From: a virus
Length of the DNA: 64,000 bases
IMG/VR virus record: IMGVR_UViG_3300029448_004877
Coordinates: 7,862-71,861 of that record
Strand: one strand, 5' to 3'
The notes below the pieces were generated by a model. It did not search any database. It saw only the letters and a list, made by a program, of their open reading frames with translations, and was not told the DNA's origin. This document shows, one piece after another, positions 45,196 through 54,030 of the stretch. How positions within the stretch are numbered: the first letter of the stretch is position 1; each line of letters opens with the position of its first letter. The translations under genes were made by a program, and so were the position numbers.

Positions 45196-45549
45196 CTAAT
45201 GTTTTGTTGATTCTCTTGATTCCATGTAAGCAACAAGCACATCTTCAATCTCATTAGCTTGGTCGTCATCTTCTTGATACTGCACATTCTTAAGCTTGGT
45301 GAGTCTGCTTGCAAACGTGTCATAGTATTCGATTGCCTTGCTGTTTGCTTCTCCCCAAAATACAATATCTTTATGAGTGAGGCTCACGTGATTTGCCTCT
45401 GAAAGAAGCATCCAACTCTTAGCAAAGAATCCGTGTACAGGGTGTATTTTGACTTGAATAGGATTTTCAATAGTCAATTCGTTTTCATCACTCGATAACA
45501 AATCTGCGATAAGGTCATCGCCTGATTTCATTTTGATGTGAATTAGCAT
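45196..45549 (-). CDS. Conserved hypothetical protein downstream of uvsW
   Basis: HIKMKSGDDLIA, IENP small beta-barrel pattern. Confidence 0.7.
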   Translation of the reverse strand: MLIHIKMKSGDDLIADLLSSDENELTIENPIQVKIHPVHGFFAKSWMLLSEANHVSLTHKDIVFWGEANSKAIEYYDTFASRLTKLKNVQYQEDDDQANEIEDVLVAYMESRESTKH

Positions 45550-47010
45550 CTAGTTCCCCTTTATGTTAACATTATATATGCGAAATTCAAAACCTTCTTC
45601 ATTATATACTTTGACTCTTTCCATAAAATGCTTAGTAGCAAAATTCTTACTACTTTTCCACTGTAAGTCATCAACTATATCATATAAAGTTGCCTTGCTA
45701 TTGTCAGAACTTTTACGTAGTACTCGACCTATTGACTGTAAGTTTCGTATTTTTGATTTACTCGGGCTTGCAAAGACGATATTATCCAAACGCTTAATAT
45801 TAACCCCAGTGCTAAAAGTACCATAACTAGCGAGAATAATGTTATCACTGCTTGACTCAACCAAATGCCTAACTGTCTCACGATCTTCAGCACTAACAGC
45901 TCCGTGGATAAAGTGTACGGTCTTGTCGCCTTCCTCAAGCATTGGATGTAATATCTTACCATGTTTTTCAACGAACTGAAAAAGGATAAGAGTGTTCCCT
46001 TTGAGGCTATGTGCGAGATTTTTAATGTATTTGTTTCTTGATTCATTGCCGACAATCCAGTCTATTTCTTCTTGATACGTCTTATTCTTATTTAGCTTTC
46101 TAATTTCATCTGGATATTGTAGAACGATAGCAGTGATGCCGAAGTCAGCAAGAGTATTATCTTCGATAAGTTTCTTAGTCTTCGTTACTTCGTAAACAGA
46201 TCCGAAAAGACCTTCTAGTACTAGTTTATGCGTTTGAGTGCCATCTAGCGTACCAGTAAACCCATATCTATATTGACAACTAGGCATTTTCTCTAATACT
46301 TTTGTCAGCGACTTGGCTTTAAATAGGTGTGCTTCATCTCCCACTACAACATCAAACTTCTCAAACCAATCCTTTCTTAGCTTGTACACTGATTGCCATG
46401 TTGTAACGGTTATATCAGCGTCTACGTTCTTATCAATACCTCCTCTAATTTTGTGTATTGACAATTCATTACCATTGTTGTACTCAACAAAGTCAGATGC
46501 CATTTGCTCAACTAACGAGGTTGTAGGCACAACGATGAGAACTTTTCTGTTAGCAGATTCTACGTGAAAGCGAGTTAACAAGTATATGATGAATGACTTA
46601 CCAGAAGCAGTAGGTGATAGTAGTAAGGCTCTTTCGCTTCTTAATGCATGAACAACCGCTTCGTTTTGATAGTCTCTCGGAACAAACGTAGAGTTAAACT
46701 CCTCTGCAAGTTGCATTCCAGCGTCATCGTTAACAACATTATTAGGCACAAGACCTTTATCGATTGCAACGTGATATTCTCTAGTATTACAAAACTTGAG
46801 TATGTACGGAATCAGACCAGCGTAGATCATGCCAGTCATCGTATTTAATAGACGAATTTTGCCATCCCAAACTTTGTTACGAACAGCAGGCATGAACTTA
46901 GCGCCAGGCACTTCAAATGTGAAGTACTCGCTCATTTCCATCTTGATTCCGGGGTCTGCGTTTACTCTCACGTAAACGTCATCGACCTTTTCGATACTCA
47001 CGTTATCCAT
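45550..47010 (-). CDS. uvsW: SF2 helicase UvsW
   Basis: PRDYQ, SPTASGKS, GDEAH, GFTGT, STGVNI, QSIGR. Confidence 0.96.
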   Translation of the reverse strand: MDNVSIEKVDDVYVRVNADPGIKMEMSEYFTFEVPGAKFMPAVRNKVWDGKIRLLNTMTGMIYAGLIPYILKFCNTREYHVAIDKGLVPNNVVNDDAGMQLAEEFNSTFVPRDYQNEAVVHALRSERALLLSPTASGKSFIIYLLTRFHVESANRKVLIVVPTTSLVEQMASDFVEYNNGNELSIHKIRGGIDKNVDADITVTTWQSVYKLRKDWFEKFDVVVGDEAHLFKAKSLTKVLEKMPSCQYRYGFTGTLDGTQTHKLVLEGLFGSVYEVTKTKKLIEDNTLADFGITAIVLQYPDEIRKLNKNKTYQEEIDWIVGNESRNKYIKNLAHSLKGNTLILFQFVEKHGKILHPMLEEGDKTVHFIHGAVSAEDRETVRHLVESSSDNIILASYGTFSTGVNIKRLDNIVFASPSKSKIRNLQSIGRVLRKSSDNSKATLYDIVDDLQWKSSKNFATKHFMERVKVYNEEGFEFRIYNVNIKGN

Positions 47011-47444
47011 TAGGCACCTGTTCTAAATCGCTCCCAGTCTATGATTGATTTTATTTGAAATCCACGATTGTTGATCTGTTTGATAATGGATTCAAGATAC
47101 TCTACCTTTTGCTCTTGTGCGCCAATCTTAAGAGACGCATCGATAATATCGTCATCCGCTTCAAGGTAAGAAGGAATGTCTTGTCTCAAGATTTTAAGTG
47201 GTTGTGGTTCCCAGCCATACTGCTTGAGTTCAGTGATATCAAGTTCGCCTTTGTAATATTCTGTCTTTAATTTATGTAGCTTCTTGTATTCAGCCTTCAT
47301 CTTCTTCAGAAGATAGCCTTCTCCCATATAGAACTTGAAGTATTTGTTGTGTAATTTTGGTATCTCAGAGGATTCTCTGGATATATTGATGACGTCCACT
47401 GGTCCATCTTTTTCCCATTCTTTAATGATTTCATCTATCTTCAT
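47010..47444 (-). CDS. uvsY: Recombination mediator UvsY
   Basis: IPKLHNKY, EYYKG, YLEAD, RGFQIKSIIDW; start MKIDE. Confidence 0.92.
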   Translation of the reverse strand: MKIDEIIKEWEKDGPVDVINISRESSEIPKLHNKYFKFYMGEGYLLKKMKAEYKKLHKLKTEYYKGELDITELKQYGWEPQPLKILRQDIPSYLEADDDIIDASLKIGAQEQKVEYLESIIKQINNRGFQIKSIIDWERFRTGA

Positions 47445-47480
47445 AATATCTCCATAATTAAGTACATGTACAACTATACT

Positions 47481-47509
47481 AGTGTACACGAAATTCTCTA
47501 AAAAGTCAA
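47481..47509 (-). promoter_or_regulatory. Early promoter for uvsY
   Basis: TTGACT-17nt-TACACT. Confidence 0.6.
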
Positions 47510-47511
47510 GT

Positions 47512-48030
47512 TTATAGTGTTATAGTATAGCTACTGTATTTAAAAGTCACATCAAATGTGGGTGGCACTACATCTGAATCACTAGTATTTAGCTGTATTG
47601 GACCAATGCTAATTGGAAATATGTCCTTGAATGATATCTGAATATTAGCGTTTTTATTGCTATCTAGTATGATCAACGATGCATCTGACATGCTACCTTT
47701 GCCATCTGAACTCAGAGTTGTAGCTCCTCCTACAGTAGGAGAATTCAGCCCTGCGTATCCTTCAAATCCTTCTGCCCTAGCAATAGCAGTAAGCCAGTCT
47801 GAACACTCTCTAAACGATGCTAAATTTTCATCTGCAACAAGAGTGATATTCAAATCATCAAAGATAAGTTTATCACCTGGTGTATAGATGTTCTTAAATG
47901 GAGTTGGTCTTTCTGCATATCCAGAGTTAAGCCCAGGAACGTTGGCTTGTTGTACATAGAACTCTGTGTTAGGTAATCTATTGATCACTAACTTAAACTC
48001 TACTGGCGATAAGAAATTTGATGTTGACAT
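47512..48030 (-). CDS. gp3: Tail completion / tube terminator (gp3)
   Basis: NFLSP..F, Q.ANVPG, DENL, SDASL, F.DIFP; late promoter at 48059-48066. Confidence 0.85.
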   Translation of the reverse strand: MSTSNFLSPVEFKLVINRLPNTEFYVQQANVPGLNSGYAERPTPFKNIYTPGDKLIFDDLNITLVADENLASFRECSDWLTAIARAEGFEGYAGLNSPTVGGATTLSSDGKGSMSDASLIILDSNKNANIQISFKDIFPISIGPIQLNTSDSDVVPPTFDVTFKYSSYTITL

Positions 48031-48058
48031 GATATCCTCTATCAAAGTTATATAGTAC

Positions 48059-48066
48059 TATTTATA
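48059..48066 (-). promoter_or_regulatory. T4 late promoter
   Basis: TATAAATA. Confidence 0.75.
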
Positions 48067-48071
48067 CAGAC

Positions 48072-48100
48072 AAAAAAAAGAGGCTCCGAAGAGCCTCTTT
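48072..48100 (-). terminator. Intrinsic terminator after gp23
   Basis: AAGAGGCTC-TTCG-GAGCCTC-TTTTTTTT. Confidence 0.9.
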
Positions 48101-48131
48101 GAAGTAAGTTGGGTTATCCCCAATCTTATTT

Positions 48132-49397
48132 TTATAGCAAGTTAGTAACTGCGGTACGTCTGTAGTACACGTTGGTGTTGGCAGAAAGTGCGCCATTTCC
48201 AACAGTTGTACCTTGAGCGAATGGGTTAGAAACCATTCCGTAACGAGTCTTGAAGCCCAACTTCGACTGGAAGCTGTTCTCACCAACTGCACGAACCATC
48301 TGTAATGGCACATATGGGCAATAGAAAAGTCCGGCATCAAATGCGCTTGAACCTTTATAACCTACTACCATGTAGTTTGCACCAGCATATGGATCGATGT
48401 ATACTCTGAAGCGACCGTTCAGAACACCAGCAAAGGTATTGCCTGTGTCATCTGGGTTCAGATTGTTAGAGTTAAGAGCAGGTGCGTAATCAAGAACACC
48501 AGCCATTTGAAGTGCAGATGCAACATCAGATGAACAAATGATCATGTTACCTTTTCCTCTACGAGTGTCTTTAGCGATTTGATTCGCTTCTTTCTCGATT
48601 TGGAACATCAAGCCTTTGAACTTCTCTACTGACCAACGGCCATTTGCGTCAACGTCTAGGTTGAATGTACCGTTAGAAGCAACTCCACCTTGAGAACCAG
48701 CAACAGCGTTTGAGTACACTGTACGGATTACTTCACGGTTGATTTCAGCAAGCAACTCAGCAGACAACATGTTTGCCAACTCAGTCTCAGCATCCAAACC
48801 ATGGATAGCTTTAAGGTCTTGAGCAAGCTCAGTTGTGTACTCTGCTTTCAATGCACGTGACTTTGCAGTTACAGATACTTTTTCGATTGAGAAAGACATC
48901 TGAGCAAACTCAGCCCCGGCACCATCGCCAAGTGCTTCTGCGTCAGCAGTAGCAAGGCCAGTACCAGTTGTTTCTGATCCTGCACCCAATGCGTTAGCAT
49001 GAGTACCAGTACCAGAGTAATCGGTATCTGCTTCGCCGTAGAAGGCTTCTGGCTTACCAGACGTGTCTTCGTACTTAGAACGCATAGCGAAGATCAAGCC
49101 AGTTGGGCCAGTCATCGGCTGTACGCCTGCGATATCATATGCAACCAAGTTAGGCATTGCACGGCGTACTAGAGAGATCAGTACGGGATCATAGTTCGCC
49201 ACATCACCAGTTGCGTTAGCAGGTGCGGCTTCGTTCAGTAAAGATCCATTGCCAAGACTTTCGCCTTCACGCATGGAAGTTTCAGTGTTCTCCAAAAGAG
49301 TAGCTGTTACGGCCGCTCTGTGAGAATCTTGGATGCCGGGCAGAGCGCCATGCTCTAGAATCGGCTTCCACTTTTGCATTAGTTCTTCATTTCTCAT
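48132..49397 (-). CDS. gp23: Major capsid protein (gp23)
   Basis: DPVLISLVRRAMPNL, GVQPMTGPTGLIFAMR, ELAQDLKAIHGLDAE, FYCPYVPL, FKTRYG. Confidence 0.98.
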   Translation of the reverse strand: MRNEELMQKWKPILEHGALPGIQDSHRAAVTATLLENTETSMREGESLGNGSLLNEAAPANATGDVANYDPVLISLVRRAMPNLVAYDIAGVQPMTGPTGLIFAMRSKYEDTSGKPEAFYGEADTDYSGTGTHANALGAGSETTGTGLATADAEALGDGAGAEFAQMSFSIEKVSVTAKSRALKAEYTTELAQDLKAIHGLDAETELANMLSAELLAEINREVIRTVYSNAVAGSQGGVASNGTFNLDVDANGRWSVEKFKGLMFQIEKEANQIAKDTRRGKGNMIICSSDVASALQMAGVLDYAPALNSNNLNPDDTGNTFAGVLNGRFRVYIDPYAGANYMVVGYKGSSAFDAGLFYCPYVPLQMVRAVGENSFQSKLGFKTRYGMVSNPFAQGTTVGNGALSANTNVYYRRTAVTNLL

Positions 49398-49431
49398 TGT
49401 GGTTCTCCTTTTTTGAGATTTTACTTAGTAT

Positions 49432-49439
49432 TATTTATA
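49432..49439 (-). promoter_or_regulatory. T4 late promoter
   Basis: TATAAATA upstream of gp23. Confidence 0.8.
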
Positions 49440-49444
49440 AAAAT

Positions 49445-50377
49445 TTATTTTGCGGCAAAGCGGCCAAGCGATTCCGCATAACGAGCAACAGACGGATCAA
49501 CGTATGTTACCTGCTCTGCTTCTTCCGCAGTCTCTTCTTGTAGAAGATCGGTTTCATCTTCTTGCACAGCAACAGGAGCTTGTTCGGCGAAGTAAGAAGT
49601 TTTAATGGCTTCTACTTTAGTCGTAAACTCTTCTACTGATTCATAAGATACGCCTTCTGAGAGAACACGCAATTTTTCGACTTGAGTGTCTGTTAAGTCC
49701 TCAGAAATAGTTTTGAATGCGATGTCAAGGTCAGCCTTTTCTTTCGCTTCACGAACTTCAATCATTTGCTCAACGATGTCGTTGTACTTAGAAGTAGACT
49801 CTTCGAGTCTGCTTTCCAACTCAGCAACTACATCGACTTGCTCATCATCGATTTCCATGTTATGCTCAATAACAAGACCTTTGATACTTGTCAGTAGTGA
49901 TTCAGCGACCTCAACTTTGATGTTGCTTTCGACTTCAACCTTGTTGTCTTCCATCCAGCTTTCTACAACGTAGTCTAGATATTGGTCAACTTTTTCTACC
50001 AACTCCTCCACAGTAACATTAACTTGTTCCTGCAGATCACTTTCAAACTTTTCTTCTAGTGAAGCTTTCTCAGCAATCACTTTTTCTTGTACAGCGGCTT
50101 CGAAGATTGCTACTGTTTGTGTTTTAAAATCTTCAGACAATTCGGTGCCTTCAAATAGACGCTCGACTGCTTCTTTCAGTCCTTCGTCATTTGAGCCCTG
50201 TGGTGTTTTTACATCGTCTTCGATGTTATCTGCTTTCGGGTCGGCTGCCTTTTTAACATCGCCTTTGCGCTTTTTGACAGCGCCGCCAGCAGGTGTTACA
50301 GGATCAGCCGCAACAGAATCTTCACCAGTTGCTTTGGCTTCGTCCAAGTCTAGATTCTTTTCTAGTTCTTCACTCAT
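49445..50377 (-). CDS. gp22: Prohead core scaffold (gp22)
   Basis: LSEDFK..IFEAAV, VDQYLDYVVESW; acidic coiled coil between gp21 and gp23. Confidence 0.92.
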   Translation of the reverse strand: MSEELEKNLDLDEAKATGEDSVAADPVTPAGGAVKKRKGDVKKAADPKADNIEDDVKTPQGSNDEGLKEAVERLFEGTELSEDFKTQTVAIFEAAVQEKVIAEKASLEEKFESDLQEQVNVTVEELVEKVDQYLDYVVESWMEDNKVEVESNIKVEVAESLLTSIKGLVIEHNMEIDDEQVDVVAELESRLEESTSKYNDIVEQMIEVREAKEKADLDIAFKTISEDLTDTQVEKLRVLSEGVSYESVEEFTTKVEAIKTSYFAEQAPVAVQEDETDLLQEETAEEAEQVTYVDPSVARYAESLGRFAAK

Positions 50378-50413
50378 TTGGTTTCTCCTTTAATAGTAGG
50401 TGTTTATCTATTA

Positions 50414-50421
50414 TATTTATA
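50414..50421 (-). promoter_or_regulatory. T4 late promoter
   Basis: TATAAATA. Confidence 0.8.
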
Positions 50422-50425
50422 AAAA

Positions 50426-51121
50426 TCATGTTTTTGACAATGAACTTACAAATTTTTCGAAAAGAGCGGCAGCTTTGATCTCAAGTTCTCTTGTAGATAC
50501 TCTTGCTGTCTCTTTAATCTCCTCTTCAATTTGATCAAATGCATTTGCCATTGTCCACGAAGAAGATGCTACATCGTAAACCCAGTCTACGCCTTCCATT
50601 ACACCCTTTACGAATGCGTCTGGCGCTGATGGGTCTGCAACGATATCTCCGGCAGTAGCTAACATAAAGTCGCTCTGCACTTCCATAACGCCATCTTTAT
50701 TCTGCTTAATTGAACCCATCCCACGTGAAGAAATCCCAACAAGACCGCCTTCATCGATAAGATTTTTAACAATCTTACCCATAGGTGTTTCCATTATCTT
50801 GGCTCTACCGACAATGTTAGAACCTTCTTTTCTTAAATCTGTGAACATGTGAGACACACGATCAAGATTGATAGTAGGACCAGCAGGATGACCCAGTTCT
50901 CCGTATGCTCTATTTTTAGAAACATAAGATTCGTTATAACGCTTAGTCTCAGCTTCTAAAATAGATGCTGGATATAAACGTCCATTTCTGTTTTTGATAT
51001 CACCCTGCATGATGATACCTTCGATGAAATAGTTCTTTCCTGTTTTTTCGCCTTCTTCGTTTAGAATATCTTCTTGTAGATATTTTACGTCTTCAACGAT
51101 TTCTTTAATTAGTAATGTCAT
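50426..51121 (-). CDS. gp21: Prohead protease (gp21)
   Basis: NRNGRLYP, GELGHP, RVSH, GISSRGMGS, DIVADPSAPDA. Confidence 0.96.
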   Translation of the reverse strand: MTLLIKEIVEDVKYLQEDILNEEGEKTGKNYFIEGIIMQGDIKNRNGRLYPASILEAETKRYNESYVSKNRAYGELGHPAGPTINLDRVSHMFTDLRKEGSNIVGRAKIMETPMGKIVKNLIDEGGLVGISSRGMGSIKQNKDGVMEVQSDFMLATAGDIVADPSAPDAFVKGVMEGVDWVYDVASSSWTMANAFDQIEEEIKETARVSTRELEIKAAALFEKFVSSLSKT

Positions 51122-51122
51122 G

Positions 51123-51581
51123 TTACTTGCCTGCCGTCATTGCAAATTGAACGATCTGCATAAACTTTCTACTATCGTCTAGCATGCCTTCAACTTTCTT
51201 TTTGTTAGATCCATTCAATTGCTTATGCATCGAAAGAATCATAGATGCTGTGGTCAAGTCAACCTTTTGCTTCTTGCCGTCTTTAAACTTGACGTGTCCG
51301 ATTGATTTGGTCTTAACAATTTTAGCCAAATCTTCAAGAACACCCTCAACAATGATCTCTTCTTCAGCTTCAATCTCTTCATAGACTTCTTTATCTTGAC
51401 CTTCTTCACGATCCGCTTCACGCTTCTTTTTCTTCTTGCCTTTAATTTCGCCTGAAAATTGGTCATCAGGTGCGACAGGATGATCACGTTTGTCAACGAT
51501 ATGTTTGTCTAAAAAATTCTGCTCATCAGGAGACTTAGGTTTATCTACAGTCTCAGCAAGCATTTCCTTAAAGCTTTTCAT
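51123..51581 (-). CDS. Prohead core protein (gp68 position)
   Basis: Between gp67 and gp21; N-terminus MKSFKEMLAE. Confidence 0.6.
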   Translation of the reverse strand: MKSFKEMLAETVDKPKSPDEQNFLDKHIVDKRDHPVAPDDQFSGEIKGKKKKKREADREEGQDKEVYEEIEAEEEIIVEGVLEDLAKIVKTKSIGHVKFKDGKKQKVDLTTASMILSMHKQLNGSNKKKVEGMLDDSRKFMQIVQFAMTAGK

Positions 51582-51590
51582 TGTTGCCCC

Positions 51591-51776
51591 TTACTCTTCG
51601 TCTGTTACTGCTTCTGCGTCTGGTTCTAATTCTGGCACTTCGCCAGCTCCAAACATATCAGCATATTTTGTTTCGATAGCAGATGTCATTTTGTCTGCCA
51701 TAATGCTCTGAAAAGAAGACTCGAATCCTGTTGCGTCTTTATCCATCGCATGTTTAATTAGTTCTTTCACACTCAT
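51591..51776 (-). CDS. gp67: Small prohead core protein (gp67-like)
   Basis: Small acidic ORF after portal with its own late promoter (51801-51808). Confidence 0.65.
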   Translation of the reverse strand: MSVKELIKHAMDKDATGFESSFQSIMADKMTSAIETKYADMFGAGEVPELEPDAEAVTDEE

Positions 51777-51824
51777 AACTATCTCCTCTTTTATATAACT
51801 TATTTATATTTTATTACAACTAGT

Positions 51825-53393
51825 CTATACGATCTTATGTTCTGTTCCGAAATCGATGCCTGAATCTGAATCATTGTCATCATCAGTTGATTCTTCTTCA
51901 TCTTTGATGTCCTGATTCATCTTTTCGATTTCATCTTCTGTCATATACAATACGTTTTTACGTACCCAATCTGTCGAATAGTACTTGCCGGTGTACTCAT
52001 CGATATCTCTAAGTAAACCTAGTCGCTCTCTCAAAATCTCACTTGTTTTCAATTCTTCAAAGTGATTATCACTCATGAAGTCATATCGGAGATTAGATTG
52101 AATTACAGCCCAATCTTCTGGAGCAATAACTCCTTTTAATATCAACTGCTTCTCTAAAATTTTGTCAAATAGAGTAGCAAATCTTGCTCTTAGTCTGTTA
52201 ATAAACTTACTAAACTTAATCTCATCTCTTGAGATTTCTGATGCTCTACCCAAAGAAAATCCTGCGTCAGATTCCATTCTTGAGATAGGAACATTTAATG
52301 CTTTCATTAAACGCTTCTGAAAATATAAAACATCATCAAGTTCGCCTAAGTTCTGACCACCAGGTAGAGTTGTAATCTCAGTTCCTCTACCGCCTTCACG
52401 TCTAGGTAACCAAAAATCGTCGGTCATTGACATATGCCTACGATCATCTTTTACATCACCTGTTGCCATATCATAGACTAAGCGATTTTTATGCTTAGTC
52501 ATCATATCACGTAAATATTGCTCTGCTTTCATTTTAGGCAGATTACCTACGTCAATATAAAAGATACGTCTCTCTGGCGCTCTTGAAATTCTGTAAATAA
52601 CAACTGCGTCTTCCATCATACGCAATTGATTTAAAGGCTTATAAGCCTTATGTAAATGTGATAGTACTAGTGTACTATTCTCGTTAAGTAGTCCTGAGTT
52701 GGCATTTACGATTGAATCTTTTGCAATCTTAAGCCCTGCCATCCCGCCTTGTGTACTACCATCTGCAAAACTTTGTGGCCTACTACCACTGATATTATTG
52801 AATCCCTTTTCACTGTAAACGTAATATTCGTTCTTAACCTTCTTCGTTACAGCTTGATTGTCTTTATCGCCAATCTTATCGTTTTTATATTCACGTACTT
52901 TTCTAAGTTTTCGTGGATCAATATATCTTAATTCTTGAATGCCCTTTTTAGGAGCTTTAACGTCAATCATAACATGATAGTTGATTCTTCCATCAACATA
53001 CCACTTCTGAAATGTTTCGTATCCAGTGTTTGAGAAGTCTAATAACTTAAGAACTCCATCAAACTCTTCTCTAATCTTCTTCTTAATGTTATCAGGCTGA
53101 TCTAAATCATCTGTAACACACTCTACAACTTTCTGATCATTTGATATAGAGATTGCTTCATTAACAACATCGTCAACTGCTTGAGAAACTTCAGGCTGTT
53201 GTAACATAGTTCTATATTTCTGAACAAGTTCTGCTTCTGACTTTGCAGTACCGTCCATATCCAAAAAAGTACTAATTCCAGTACCAGTTGCGGCGATATT
53301 TACTGCGCCGTCGTCAGATTGAGGAGTGACAAAAGACGGAATGTTATCATTCTCGTCCTTCTTCCTCTTTATTTCAAAGCCAAATAAATCCAT
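51825..53393 (-). CDS. gp20: Portal vertex protein (gp20)
   Basis: LFGFEI, WYVDGR, YRISRAPERRIFYIDVGN, DFWLPRREGGRGTEITTLPGG. Confidence 0.98.
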   Translation of the reverse strand: MDLFGFEIKRKKDENDNIPSFVTPQSDDGAVNIAATGTGISTFLDMDGTAKSEAELVQKYRTMLQQPEVSQAVDDVVNEAISISNDQKVVECVTDDLDQPDNIKKKIREEFDGVLKLLDFSNTGYETFQKWYVDGRINYHVMIDVKAPKKGIQELRYIDPRKLRKVREYKNDKIGDKDNQAVTKKVKNEYYVYSEKGFNNISGSRPQSFADGSTQGGMAGLKIAKDSIVNANSGLLNENSTLVLSHLHKAYKPLNQLRMMEDAVVIYRISRAPERRIFYIDVGNLPKMKAEQYLRDMMTKHKNRLVYDMATGDVKDDRRHMSMTDDFWLPRREGGRGTEITTLPGGQNLGELDDVLYFQKRLMKALNVPISRMESDAGFSLGRASEISRDEIKFSKFINRLRARFATLFDKILEKQLILKGVIAPEDWAVIQSNLRYDFMSDNHFEELKTSEILRERLGLLRDIDEYTGKYYSTDWVRKNVLYMTEDEIEKMNQDIKDEEESTDDDNDSDSGIDFGTEHKIV

Positions 53394-53406
53394 AGTTAAT
53401 CCTCTA

Positions 53407-53434
53407 ATAAAGAGGGAGAACCATTCTCCCCCCT
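53407..53434 (-). terminator. Hairpin after gp19
   Basis: GGGAGAA-TGG-TTCTCCC followed by TCTTTATT. Confidence 0.55.
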
Positions 53435-53447
53435 AATTATCGCCCAA

Positions 53448-54002
53448 TTAAGCGTTAGTGCCGCCGTTGCCAGTGATTCCACCGTCAACGTTCCACCAAT
53501 CGTATTGGAATGTCACATCAAATCTTTCGATATCGTCTGTAGTGTTCCAGTCCATAGCAATTGAAGCAACTGCTGTGGGAAACAGACCATTAAAGTTATA
53601 CGTTCTTAAAGGTACACCGGTTTTCGAATACTGAGTGATCTGTGCTTGTGACTTGTACTCAGAACTTGCCGCTGTTGCCAACTGTCTTGTATTACCTTCG
53701 TGTGCATTGATTGAAGCCATCCAGTTTTCCATCGCATTGCGAATTAGGAAGTCTTCATCGTTCATGATAGTGACCGTCCATTCAGCGAATGTTCTGTCAC
53801 CTGCGATTTTTACTTTACGACCGAAATACGGAATTTCGATTGTGCCCAGAGTACTCTCTGGAATTGCTGCCGCCTGTACCATGAAAGGTGTCTTTAGATC
53901 CGCTATTGCATTTACAGGATTTGTAATCTGTACTTGAAACAGCGATGCTTTAGCACCCCCGAAGGTCAGTTGGCTTTTAATTTCATTAATGTTGAAAGCC
54001 AT
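53448..54002 (-). CDS. gp19: Tail tube protein (gp19)
   Basis: GRKVKIAGDRTFAEWTVT..NDEDF, FPT, F.VTFQY. Confidence 0.95.
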   Translation of the reverse strand: MAFNINEIKSQLTFGGAKASLFQVQITNPVNAIADLKTPFMVQAAAIPESTLGTIEIPYFGRKVKIAGDRTFAEWTVTIMNDEDFLIRNAMENWMASINAHEGNTRQLATAASSEYKSQAQITQYSKTGVPLRTYNFNGLFPTAVASIAMDWNTTDDIERFDVTFQYDWWNVDGGITGNGGTNA

Positions 54003-54030
54003 TATTCATATCTCCTTTGATTAATATTTA

